Positions 51,551 to 64,000 of a stretch of DNA of 64,000 nt are shown here, in pieces. Source of the stretch: Phoronis australis (taxonomy: Eukaryota > Animalia > Phoronida). Under the pieces are notes generated by a model. That model made no database searches, was not told the DNA's origin, and saw only the letters and a list, made by a program, of their open reading frames with translations. Location: positions 915,375 to 979,374 of the forward strand of contig NMRA01000073.1 of the NCBI GenBank assembly GCA_002633005.1, written 5' to 3'. Each line of letters starts with the position of its first letter. The stretch's first letter is position 1. The position numbers were made by a program, and so were the translations under genes.

Positions 51551-52507
51551 ATTAGCAAATATGTGGTTAGTAATCACATACTTTAACCTAAATTTCTGGA
51601 ATCTAGAGTGCATGATACTTAGCCATGATTCTTGCCTCGGTTCTAGGCAGGGGCAGTCGTGAAATTATAGTCAAAAAAGAAAAAAGCAAGAAATGGCTAT
51701 TTCAAGTTGCTGGTGGAGATAACAATTGAAGGCCCCGAAAGCTAGTGGCTTTGGGGAATTCATATTTGAGAAACCACATCGATTTTCCTAGAGTAAATTC
51801 TATGCGTTTTTTCAAGTGTCCTCGGACACCATGTAAACAAATGCTTTTGCTGGCCCTGGTAACGCCGACATCAGCCACGGCGAAATGCGGTGGTCTTGAA
51901 ATAAAAAGAATCAAGATGGCCGACAAAAAGAATTGTTGAAATCTGTACTGTTTAATTGAAGTGTCGTGGTCACATGACTTGTACAGAGTGGGTGGTTGGT
52001 TCCTAGCTATGTGAAGCCGTGTATCGAAGGTGATCGCGTACTCAGCATTTTACCAGCCACTATTGGTAGGTGAAAACTTAGATTTTCGAAATGATAACAG
52101 TGTGTGCGCGCCTGTTGAAGCCTGATTGCAGCACATTATGTATTGTAATCATTTCAATCAACGATATTCTGCACCAGCAGAGGATGCTGCTTGGCAAGTG
52201 TGCTACTGTTTGGATGCGCAGTCGCAGTCGTCCACTCTAGAAAGTCTTGGTGTCATGACACCAGAGATCGTAGAGAAGGAGACGTTTCACCAAGCGAAAT
52301 CCTATTGGACGGCCACAGGCGGCCATTGTAGTTTCATGGACCGTAGAGACATCTAGCGGGTGTGTGTGCGAAAAAAGGAATATGGCTGATAGTCGTGGTC
52401 AGTGGTCACAGAAACAAGATATTTTATCTGATCGTGTAGGTCATATAGATTTCCCATAGTTAATACTTCTGAGGGTAGTGCTGCGTCAAGTAACTTCAAA
52501 ACAAGAT

Positions 52508-52619
52508 ATGGCGGCTGCAGTCCCTAAAAAGAGGATCAGAGGAGCTTTTTGCGCTGCAGCAACAGTCAGTTGAAAAATCGGGACTTACAATTCTTTCGCT
52601 TCCCCACAGATAAAGACAG
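52508..52619 (+). pseudogene. Degenerate THAP-domain first exon
   Basis: MAAAVPKKRIRGAFCAA, then a frameshift, then CSNSQLKNRDLQFFRFPTDKDR and an AG|GTGAG donor. Confidence 0.65.
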
Positions 52620-53724
52620 GTGAGATATACGAGTATTGCAAATAATTCTTTTTGTGAATATGCTGCTAGTCAACCATTGATTTAAATGTGAGGACCTGCT
52701 AAGGAGAAATACTGTTTTGTTAACTTAGTCCAGTAAACTAGTATGGGTTTAGGTCTTTACTGTGATGGGCCTTCATTGTACTTTGAAGGAACCATAGTCT
52801 GAAGGGTCATTACTTGAAAAATATATCAATCAGGCGTTATTCCAAAGTAACATTACTAGGAAGGGTGATTACTTAGCTGCATTAATGGGAAAGAGTGAGT
52901 GACGCTGCATAGACAATATTGCTGATACCACATATTTTTCCTGCATGTTGTATTTATTATACTTTTAATGATACTTTTCCAGCCAATAGATCACAGCTAC
53001 GCCACGAGTGAGCCTAGTGAAACACCCCCATCTGCTGAGCAACAGTGCTGCATTAGTAATAGCACATAATTGATAATGACCACAATTTTATCCTCCATGA
53101 CTGATGGTTTTGTTATATCTATTGTATTGCTACCTGAAGCTCACCTCTCTACATACCATAGTTATAAAAAGCGGACTCTGTTGTTTTTGATTTCTTGACT
53201 TGGATGTATACTTTTATTGATCTGGAATGGTATTTTAAGTATTTGTTTGGTTTAACACACTTGGGATTTTTAAATCCCTTTGATTAAAAAATATACTGAA
53301 AGTCAGAGGATGACTCTTGAGCCAGGCTGTTTGTTAAAAATGTAGGTGTGGACAAGTAGACAGTTGTAGGCAGTTAATATGTGTATATACCTTAAATGTA
53401 TTTTTGTATTCAGAAAGTTGTTGACTTGCATGAGAACTGAAGCAAGTCAAGCGGGGATGCTGGAAAGTCTGCACCCAGCGGTCCCTGTTGTGCCTGTGAC
53501 TGTAGAGGGAATTATCAGTGGTGCTGTCGGATTAGGCATGGCTCCAGTAACTGCAGCATCTTTGGTGCTACCATCAGAGACTGTAGATAGGGAGACAGTC
53601 CACCTAGCAAAACCATCGGACGGCCACTGGCGGACATTGTTGTTTCATGGACTGTAGCGACGTCTAGCGAGTGTGCGTGCAATATACAAATGTGGCAAGT
53701 TATCACAGCTGCTGTCGGCAAAAA

Positions 53725-53819
53725 AGCAATGGTGCTTTTTGCCCTGCCTGCGGCTGCAGCAACAGTTAATTGAAAATTCGTGACTTATGCTTTTTTTGCT
53801 TCCTCAATGATTAAGATAG
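53725..53819 (+). pseudogene. Second degenerate THAP first exon
   Basis: GAFCPACGCSNS*LKIRDLCFFCFLND*DR followed by AG|GTGATG. It is paralogous to 52508-52619. Confidence 0.55.
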
Positions 53820-56800
53820 GTGATGTTCATGATTGAAACAGGGGATATTACTGCGTGAAACTGTTGCCAGTCATTCAGTGACGAACGATGTGATTTGAAC
53901 TTAATGTTGTTACTGTTTCCTTAATTTTATTGCTGATATAGAAAATTATCATAAATTGTTTGCATGATTTTGGGAAGTACTGTTTCTATGCCCATTTTGA
54001 TGCTTCTAATTACTTTTTTCATTTCATTCTGCAGTCTTAATACATTCAGATCTAAAAGATTATTATATTTACTGTTATTTACTAATTTATTTTTTCATAT
54101 ATTTGTTTTTATATCTATTTCTGATTATTTATTATTATTTATTTTATGTTTATTTGCTATTACTTATTTAAATTATTTCCTGTGATCCCATACAGTCAAC
54201 ATCCTGGCTGTCGTTGTTCAATAATCTATATAACATGATAATGATATGGACTTCAGTGCATAATAAATATTGCTTTTATGGTTTGGTAACCTACTTGATT
54301 ATATGCCACTGGAAGTGGTGAAGGAAGTGTTCTTTTAAAGGCACATTGAGTCATACATCTGTGGGCACTTCGATAGTATGTGTAGTGCATTGGAAACTTG
54401 TTACACTCTAGTGGCGGTGTCGCTTGTTTAGATTTTTGTTTTGGCATGGGTCTTTTAACATCAAGTCAGGAAATAAGGCGTCCTTGAGACAGTAATTTAC
54501 TTTGAGGTTGACCTGCCGACGCATGCTGAATACGCCTTTAACTAACGGCTGATAGTTGATTTAAAAAAAATGTGAATGATTTACGAGAGCTGGAAAGCAT
54601 CTTAAAAAACACCCGAAATGGACTGCGTATTCAATAGGCAGCTTGGCTGTTTTATGGAGGCATACAAGGCAAGTTCACTGGACTTCAGGCGGGAATTCCA
54701 TCTCTTGCTGGTTTGGAACCCCTTCCCCTCTTGACTGCAGTTTCATTCACCACAACCCACTTCAATTCGCTACCCATTTCAGATACCATCGGGCACGGAT
54801 GCTTGGGGTCCAGTAAATCAGTCCCAAATAGCGACTCCACTATGTTCCCTAAAACTGCTACGTTTTGTGAGTTTTCTACGTTGAATCCTCAATATGATTA
54901 AAAATAAGTAGGGATCTTTTCATGCAATGCGCCTAATTTAAGGACTAAGTCCCTAAATGTTTTGACTGAATTAAGAGCTGAGTTTTAATTATATTATTAT
55001 AAAACGTCATAAGTCAAAAGAGGAGCTCATAATCAAGATAAAATGATAGTAAAATATAAAAACTGTGAGCAAATAACAAAAAATGCCTAAAAAATTTACC
55101 AACTCAGTTGAGTACAGGCGGATCCAGGGTGGGGGCCAAAGGGGTCTGAACCCCCCATGTTATTTGATTGTAGTGATATCAATGCTAGAATTTTCAAATT
55201 GTTGACTTGGGCCACCTTTCTTAAAAATCGTTATCCGCCCCCACCCCTTAAAAATCCAGGATATGACCCTGTTAGGTCGATATTTGGGACAGTTTCATGT
55301 AAATGGGCACGGACACAACTGTTAGAGTCTAGAACGTCTTTAAGATGTGAATTTTCGAAAGAAAGATCTGGACCTGTGTTTGGATGGCGTAAGAGGGCAG
55401 ATTTTGGACATTGGCGTAGGAAACATTTGATGGTTGGGGGGAGGAGAGTCTACTATTTTTATCATTTTATTTTAAAACAAAGTTTGTTCGTTGAAAGCTT
55501 ACATAATTAATTGTTAATTCATTGATATTAACACCTGGAATATTGGGGGAAGAAAGCAATCTCTGCCCCCAACCTTTTGGTTGAGGCCCCCCCCCTCCCG
55601 TTTTTGCTCCTATCTCTTCTTCAGCAGATCCATTTGATGGTTATTACATTACTGACGCCCCTGGACAAAATCCTACTGGTTCAGTACCTGCACATTCTCC
55701 AATAACCTACTTTCATCTGCTCAGCTCTTATTACTGAGTCTCCCTCTTGCTTATGATTTATTTCTCGTAATTTATATTACCTTTGCTGCCCAAATTCTTT
55801 CTTGATTTACTCTTTATTTTGCCTATGTGTATTTTTCTATTACAGTGCTCGTGTTTTTTCAGTTGGTTTAGACAACTGTGCCTAACAGGTTTCCTCGGAC
55901 ATTTCATGGGTTGGGACGCCCCCACCCCTCCCCCACCCCGTTTCCTAGCTGGTGCGCGCCTATGGGCTTCTCGATATTTCAGCAAAGTCAAAGCCGCAAC
56001 ACACCTCACATATTTTAATGCCAATTTCATGGGCAAAATTACATACATGTATGGACGAGTGGGTAGGGCTGTTTCGGAGTGTACTGGATACTGGGCGAGG
56101 ATATGACGTAGTCCCACTGAGGGGCTCGTCACCCAGTGGCAGTTTCGGAGCCGTTAGCCCTACAAACTGCATGCTGGCGCTTTTGTCATTTGCACGCCAA
56201 GACGGAGGCACGGCGGGACCAACCGGCCCTACCTATGTCAACATGGTTGTCAGACCCCTCTCCGGTCAATCCAGTTGTGGTTTATTTTGGCTGCCAGTTT
56301 TTGGCCTGCAACTGGATATCGTTTTCAAGATCAGGTTGTCACCAATAAATCAGCTAATGTGTTGAACAAAGTGGCATCCGTAGTTTTGTGCGAAACTAAA
56401 AATATTTATTTATGCGTTATCTTGGCCGACATTTGCATACGACACCGGGGGTCTGGCAGCAGAAGTATCTGGTCCCCTATGGATTTTCGTACGTACATGG
56501 GGAGTTATCTGCTTGTGTTGTGGAGTTTCGTGACCGTGAAATACGTTGCGTTGGTATGGTGTTTGCTGGTTTGTGACAGCCGGGGATCAGTGCGCGGCCA
56601 CGTAATCGTTTCCACTACCGACTTCCACTGTACGAAATTTAAGAGTCATTCTGACAAGCTGCCGCAGCTGTCACTCGAGTCCTATTGAGGGGCATTGCCT
56701 ATAAGCGTTCTAAAGTTTAAAGCACTAGTGACATTAACTTTCAGTTACCAAAAACGGAGTTTTACGATAATCTCGCAAAAAATGTACAACTTGCACATTG

Positions 56801-59800
56801 CTGAAGGTTTTTTAACAAGCAAACATTCTATCGTTACACTGCTTTGACCTAAATCCAGAACTCTCGATTCTGGATTGTTTGCCGGCGATTTAATCCGGGT
56901 TCGTCTGGCGCTGACATTATAAGTTGAAGGTCAACTATAGATCCTTTCAGACGTGTGTAACTGCGTGGGCAAGTGAACGACAATATCAAGGGAAGGTGAG
57001 TTGATGTCATGTCTACACATTTGGTATTTTGCATGTGATTCCGTGTACGAGTTTTGATCAACGGCCAGTGTCGATTCCATTTACTCGAAAAGTCGTTTCG
57101 CAAGTCGCACACCTGACTGCACTCGTCTCAGATGATGGAGTAGGCTATACGTGCAAGGACAGGGATTTACATGTAGGCCAGTAACTTTGTAATGGTTTAA
57201 CAATTCAGTCTACTGGCTGTGCGCTGGTTGATTGTACCTTTTGGTTCAGTCCACTTGTTTCCAAGTGCGTAGGAACGTTTTTTTGAACAGGCCGTAATTA
57301 CGGGAAGGTGGGCCGGTCGGAGGACTGAAGCATGTGTTCCCAATAATTTGAGGGGTCCTCAATGAAACCTTGCCAACGAGCAGACCGGGGGAAGGGGGTA
57401 GTCAGAATAAAACACAACGAAGGATTTAGATGAGAGAGAAATTCCACACTTAAAGCCTGCTTTGTATTAGGTACACTCTTGCCCGGCCTGGTTAGAGTGC
57501 AGTGCGATGTCTGTCTGGAGTTACATAATTGTGCAGGGATGTTTGCATACATACAGGTTTTACCAAAGATATAGTTTTCAGTATCTTTGGTTTTACTAAG
57601 TTTTCACTGTCAACTTAGCTGTCGCAGACTGGATGTTAGTGGAGATTCTCACACCTGCCAACTTTTGCTGAAGTCTTTTAACAAACTAGATTTTGATCAC
57701 CTGTTTAATAGTGCTGCTTTTCTCAAACAAATCCATGGCAGCTTGTCCACCAAATCGTCCCTCGACCATGATATTTATTTGGGTACAGTTAAATAAACTT
57801 TGGAAAACGATGATTTCACTGGAGAGCTGGAAACATGGAATTATCTTAATCCTCAAATTAAACTTTGTAACACGTTAAATCAGTTGAAGACAAAATACAT
57901 GGGTATTTTATGGTATCAACGTCTGCTGTAATACTCATCTTTCATGTCAGTTTGACTATTTTGAACTTGTCTTCAAATTAAAATTATTAGTTTACTAGTT
58001 ATACATAATCGCACGTGTATGTAGTTCTATTAGGGTGAACCCTATATCAAATAAATTTTGGTGAACAAAGTGGAAGGAAATAGTTTCCTTTGAATAATAG
58101 ATTCGGTATAAATTCACACGACGTTTATCTTCTAAGTGTTTGGTCGTAAATATTTAAATTACGTGGGTCAGCTGACCAAAATAAGCTGTAACATTGGTGT
58201 AAGAAGTATAGCTGTTAATATAGACATTTTTAACATGTGGCTTAGTAAATTTCAGTGGTAATAGCAATGAATAGGGTTGGATTTAACGTACGGAATATAA
58301 GAAAGTCAAATTTCATCGACAGTTAAGTCGGAATTTGTTGGGTTTTCTGGTTTTCAGTATATTTTCAGTCAGATACAGGCGCCGCCTGCCGGCGATAACT
58401 ATCGTTTGACATTTTACGCAGAAGTTGCAGAACTCTAGCATGATCAGCATAATGATGTTACTGTTCGAGTGAGTAGCTTGGGGCAATCGTGTCTCCAACT
58501 CCTCTGAGCTCGGTCTTACTAGTGAATGTATGCCAGGCAGTAAATGAGAACCTTGGGTATAATGCAAAAGCGATTGCTGTGGATGTGCTGATCTTTTATT
58601 GCATAAGAAATAACAGACTCTGATTTTGGGCTCAAAACGATTCAAGTGATATGCTTCTGTGTTTACCTTCAATGGTCTAATTGTGGATGTTATTGAGGCT
58701 GAATGAGGTTACATGAAAGAAAGCCACGTGTTGAAACTGGACCTTTTTTACAAGCGTTTCTATAGGCCATTGAAACTATAACCCATTGAAATGAAAGCCA
58801 AAAGCTGAGTGACATTAAATTTTCATTTCAGAAGAAAGGTTTTATACTATTGGTAAAAACTTTTCAATTTGGTACAGATTATGGGGAAATGACATTCAGT
58901 GACTGCATCGATGATTGTCTTATTGTATGTTTTCAATTGTAGGTAGCTGGATAAGAATCTGCTATGAACAAGATTCGAGAATAAAAAAATTATCAGTGTA
59001 TTTAAAAACAAATGGCAAACTGAAAAAGCACATAAAGAAATAACATTGCGAGGGAGTCCATAATCAGTCATATCATGTGCTGAATTTCTGAATTACGTTC
59101 AATTCTCTCAGGTTATTGCTGAAGGATTGCTTTTCACTTTGTCCAACGGTGAAATAGATGGTCAGGCGGCTGGTTTCAGTTATTTTTCTTGCCTGTCAAA
59201 AATAGAAATATGTGCAAATTGTAAAAGAAAAGACAAGACAAACTACTTTTGTAAGGCAGAACATACTTGACATTTCACTTTCATGTTTATGTGTAGAAAC
59301 TAATAACCTTTGTACCCAAGTCTTATTTAATATCTGAATTAAAATATGTGAAACAGGCTAAAAGTGATTTAACAATGTGTATTTTTCATGACACTTAAAA
59401 TGTGCTTCTGATCTCAACAAGTAAAATTCATTCTAGGTGTCAAATTTTTTTTCCAATGCAATGTTACGACATTTACTGAATTAAGGCTTATTTATGTTAA
59501 TTTGATAATTGACCTGGTGGTCCTGGGGGTGGGGTCCATGATAAAATAAAGAAACTCACTCATCTAGAGAATTTTATTGGAAACAGCATAGTTTTGAAGA
59601 GAAACTGCTGTGAAAAAGTCACTCTTGACTTCTGTGCATCACGTACCCTACACCTCTTATTTTAGGAGCACTCCCACCCAGGACAATATGAATATGTGCT
59701 GCTAGCCTACCCGGCATCGGGTGTATTTCCAAAAAGAAACACTTAGTTCCACTCAATAAAACTGTTATTCAGTGGGGTAACTGGTGGGGTTAACATCATC

Positions 59801-60077
59801 GACCGATGTTGATAGAAACTGATTGCTAAAAACTTACCAAGTAATGTTGTGTAGTCTCCGAATGGAACTCCTTAGTCATAGAGCACACACGGGGCTTCAG
59901 CATCCACACACTTTTTGTCAGTTAGTTGACCCTGTTGACCGCAATTGTCCACGAATATAGTAACCTTAGGTCTTTTGGGAATTTGTGGCCACCTGTCGAA
60001 GTCTTGCACCAGGGAAATTAGCAGTAATAAGGCTTAGCGCGACGACGTATTTTGATAAAAATTCCATTTTTTACCAG

Positions 60078-60478
60078 GGCCCGGTCTCTAATCTTTGTAC
60101 TCGAAACGAACTCGAAACTATTTTTGGCAATTGCTCTACTCCTTTTGTGCGAACTTAAGATAATTGGTTATCTGACTGTGCTCGAATACATTATAGTTTA
60201 TGCATAGGAGTTTCTAGTTCAAGTTTGCCCTTGAAGACCCTTATATTCGTGCTACAAACTCGAGTAAAAACTCGAAATTTCGAGTTCAAACTCGAACTTA
60301 TTGCTTTAATATTGGGTTTACAAACTTTGAACTAAGGGCAATAAATTATCTACGTAAGTTATTGTGTACTCGAGCATAGAATAATAGACACTTATCTTGA
60401 TTTCGTCCAAAAATATAGTAGAAAATGCCAAACCTAATTTCGAGTTCCATTTCGAGTAAAAAGATTGGAGACCGAGCC
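60078..60478. mobile_element. PIF/Harbinger-group MITE with CAG TSD
   Basis: Imperfect ~40-bp TIRs GGCCCGGTCTCTAATCTTTGTACTCGAAA and TTTCGAGTAAAAAGATTGGAGACCGAGCC, with CAG on both sides and internal CTCGAA repeats. Confidence 0.8.
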
Positions 60479-60733
60479 CAGTTGTTTACATGCAGACAGC
60501 CATGCATGCGCAATTCAATCACCTCTAGTACAGCAGCGACACCGCGAGGAGAATTCTCCGAATAGCCCCATTGACTTAAAAATCCAAATGTCCGATAAGT
60601 GAGCGATCTTAGTTTGATGTTAGTTTATATCTTCCTACTAAGGTAAGGATGCTTTCAATATGTGCTCATGTCGGTTAGAGTTTAAAACGTTTTCTCACTG
60701 CCATGTGTTTTGATCTTTATATTCCAGAACATA

Positions 60734-61381
60734 ATGGAAGAGTTTCGAAAAACTGAAGGTTACCTGAGAAACGCTGCAGGGTTTCAACAGAACTTATCTA
60801 AAGATGAAGTGAAGGCGCATTATGACGAATGGGGCAATGAGTATGAGAACCACTTGGCACTGGATGTGTACAAGGGGCCGGTCAAAGTGAGCGAAATCAT
60901 GGCCGACTTCCTCGGGCCGGAATTCCGAACAGCCAAGATTCTTGACTGCGCTGCTGGTACAGGCTACGTTGGTCAGCTTCTGGCTAAGAAAGGGTTTACG
61001 AACCTGTACGCACTGGAACCGTCATCTGGAATGGCGGCGTCCGCACGTTCTAAGGATGTGTACAAAGCCATACACGAAGATTTCATCGAGGAATCTCGAT
61101 CACCTTTTGCTAAAGGTCAATTTGACGCTTTGGTGTGTGTCGGATCGTTTGGTGCCGGACATATCCCCACCAAAGCACTCAAGGAAATGGCGCGCATCGT
61201 GAGACCAGGCGGATTCATTTTTGTCGCCTACAGGGAAGAATACACCAACGAGTGTACAGATTTGGAGCCGTACATGAAAACCCTGGAAGAAGACAAAACG
61301 TGGACAGTGAAAGCTCGCATTGTCTATCCACAGCATTACTACGATCTAGCAGGAGTGTGCAACATTTTTGAGGTTCTGTGA
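60734..61381 (+). CDS. Class I SAM-dependent methyltransferase, METTL27/WBSCR27-like (215 aa, single coding exon)
   Basis: Contains HYDEWGNEYE, ILDCAAGTGYVG (motif I), LYALEPS, FDALVCVGSFGAGHIP and EMARIVRPGG. A ttccag acceptor lies 6 nt before the ATG. Confidence 0.88.
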   Translation: MEEFRKTEGYLRNAAGFQQNLSKDEVKAHYDEWGNEYENHLALDVYKGPVKVSEIMADFLGPEFRTAKILDCAAGTGYVGQLLAKKGFTNLYALEPSSGMAASARSKDVYKAIHEDFIEESRSPFAKGQFDALVCVGSFGAGHIPTKALKEMARIVRPGGFIFVAYREEYTNECTDLEPYMKTLEEDKTWTVKARIVYPQHYYDLAGVCNIFEVL

Positions 61382-61647
61382 GATTTTAAAGTCCTTAGAG
61401 TTGTTTAACTGTGATTTTACGCGCTCGCATATACATTTGCTGCGGCCTATTGCTGTCATCTCTGTCTGGTTGCCCAATGGACTGGCGTCCAGCGCCCGTC
61501 CTCATACATCTACAAAACGGCTTGACGAATCTTCGTGCAATTTGACAAACGTACTTCCAACAAAAAGAGGGTTTGCTCTGCCAAATTTAAGTTTCGTTTG
61601 CCTGTTTTCACGCCTCTCGTTTTAGTCAGTGATTTAAATTTTTGAGG

Positions 61648-63784
61648 AAATATTGAGGTCGGGCCGGGAAATTGGGGTCTCGTTTTTTATATTTTTTATT
61701 TTTAGTTCACCCATAGATTTTGCGAACAGGAAGCGCACATCTTCGGCCCCCGCAACTTTCGCATACAATCGCGCTTTGCCCAATGCCCTGAGGCAACAAT
61801 TTGCCCCCCTCCCTTATGTTATCCTAGATCCGCCACTGGAAATAAACATTCCATAAAATCGGCAATAACCCTGCACATCGTCTAAGAAAATGCAGTTCGT
61901 GATTCCTGGAGACTATGCTCGATGAATAAAATGCCACGGCGCGACACGTCATCTTTCAATGTCTGGTCTCAAGCTAAAAGGAACTGCCAATTCTTTTCAA
62001 GCGCCGAAATCACACCTATTTTGACAAGGGAGGAATTTCATAACGACAAAATAGTCTAAATCAAAAATGTTCTTGTAACGGGAGGCGGGTTTATAGTACC
62101 TTGAAGGTGAACAAAGTCAAAATGTCTGCATTGACTATCCAATTGTTCACGATAATACGTGAAACGCTACGAAAAGATCGTGTAACGTAGCTTCTCATTG
62201 GTTAACAGAACGAACTAACAGTCCTACATTCCGATTGGTTGGAAAATAGCATTCGGTCATTCCGATTGGTTGATGTTGAAAAAAGCCAACATAATAAATT
62301 ATCCATGATGCCTTGGTTGCGCCAAAGGCATTATCAAGTTAAAACCCAACGCAGTCTCTCATTGACCTGTTGCTTACTCTGTAACGTAGCAGTACGAAAA
62401 AAGTCAGCTGCGTCGTTTTCGCTTGAAATGTAATAGTGTGGAACGATACACAGTTTTAGGAATTCGATTATTTTTCATTCGATTCTTGTTTATCAAATCA
62501 ATTTATTTTCTCGAACGATTCTTGCCTTAGCGAGGGCGCATTTCGGGGAGGTGATCTGGGTTGACCTGACTAATTTTGTTAAAAAACGAGACTTTCCAAT
62601 CGCCTGTCTGTAGTACCAAAAATCGTTTTTTCGAAAAGTTGAGACAAAATAAAGTCAGATATGAGAAGATTCCAACTAATGAACGATAACGAGTTGTTTA
62701 TTTGTTCGGTATCCAGTATAGCTTTTCAAAGAGGCAAGCCGAAACTCTGTAAGACATCTAACGGCGATCATTGGAACTAAGAATCGAATCAAAATAGCCC
62801 TTGGCGTTTCGATATCGAATCAGTCGCTCCCTCATGGCTATTAGGTTACGATTCGATTAATCGTCGCACCTTAACTAAAAATGAGGTCAAAAACCCGCTT
62901 TGGACTTCCTCAAAATTTCAAAAAAATTGATGTGTTAGGTTTGATGACAATTTGGTGTAGTAAATGGGTAGTGGTTGCCACGAATGTAGTTCCTTGTTTT
63001 GATTAAACGAAGTCCAGAAATTTGACCTGTGCTTTGTTCTACCGCGATCGAAAATCAAGCCATTTTCAGAGCTCTTCGCTTGTTCAGTCGGACATTTTTG
63101 ACACGAATATAGATACCCCTCAGACAACTGGAAATTAGCAAATATGTGGTTAGTAATCATATACTTTAACCTAAATTTCTGCAATTTAGAGTGCATTATA
63201 CTTAGGATTCTTGCCTCGGCTCTGGGCAGGGGCAGGGGCAGTCGTGAAATTATAGTCAAAAAAAGAAAAAAGCCAGAAATGGCAATTTGTTGGTGGAGAT
63301 AAGCCAGGACATGGCTTTGGGGAATTCATATTTGAGAAACCACATCGATTTTCCTAGAGTAAATTCTATGCGTTTCTTCAAGTGTCCTTGGACACCGTGC
63401 AAACAAATGCTTTTGCTGCCCCTGGTAACGCCGACATCAGCCACGGCGAAATGCGGTGGTCTTGAAATTAAAAAAATCAAGATGGCCGACAAAAAAGAAT
63501 TGTTGAAATCTGTACTGTATAAATTGAAGTGTCGTGGTCACATGACTTGTACAGAGTGGGTGGTTGGTTCCTAGCTATGTGAAGCCGTGTATCGAAGGTG
63601 ATCGCGTACTCAGCATTTTACCAGCCACTATTGATACATGAAAACTACTACAGCACATTATGTATTGTAATCATTTCCATTAACGGTATTCTGCACCAGC
63701 AGAGGATGCTGCTTGGGAAGTGTGCTACTGTTTGGATGCGCAGTCGCAGTCGTCCACTCTTAGAAAGTCTTGGTGTCATGACAC
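61648..63784 (+). repeat. Direct duplication, copy 2
   Basis: Aligns to 49681-52261. It starts inside the MITE of 49643-49874 and lacks that element's left TIR. Confidence 0.95.
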
Positions 63785-64000
63785 TGACATTTGCATCGCC
63801 TTTGTTACCACATGAGGGCGCTGCAAAAGAACTAGATTTTAGCAGAGACTAGATCGCTTCGTTCTACTCTGGCCCACTGAATGGCAAAAAAATGACGTTG
63901 AGCATCTTAAAACGAAAGCTTGCTCTCAAACAAGGGCACAGTTTGGTCCCCTCCACACAGTAACTGTCTTTTACTTTTAAGTCTGTTTTGACGGACACCC

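Larger units (their letters stand above)
49681..52261 (+). repeat. Direct duplication, copy 1
   Basis: Aligns along its whole length to 61648-63784 apart from indels, including a 387-bp insertion. Confidence 0.95.

Overview
This is AT-rich eukaryotic DNA with spliceosomal GT-AG introns, microsatellites and many MITEs, most likely from an invertebrate animal. It has three single-N assembly joins (3805, 8496, 51404). From left to right it contains: (1) the first three coding exons of NIT1 on the minus strand; (2) two tandem, unrecognised minus-strand genes built the same way, with a short first exon followed by a giant exon that begins with a transmembrane anchor and encodes internally repeated domains (about 1,400 aa each; the first is split by a false 361-bp duplication at an assembly N); (3) a 4,974-bp Kolobok DNA transposon with perfect 19-bp TIRs and a TTAA TSD, carrying a frameshifted THAP-transposase remnant and a convergent P2X7-ballast/KolX-like gene; (4) a probable two-exon 220-aa membrane-protein gene; (5) a repeat-rich, gene-poor stretch with a Penelope relic and THAP exon relics; (6) a METTL27-like SAM methyltransferase bracketed by a 2.1-2.6-kb direct duplication. 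At least six MITE-type insertions from several families share CAG/CAT termini and exact 5-bp TSDs. All calls come from reading the sequence by eye; no database searches were run.
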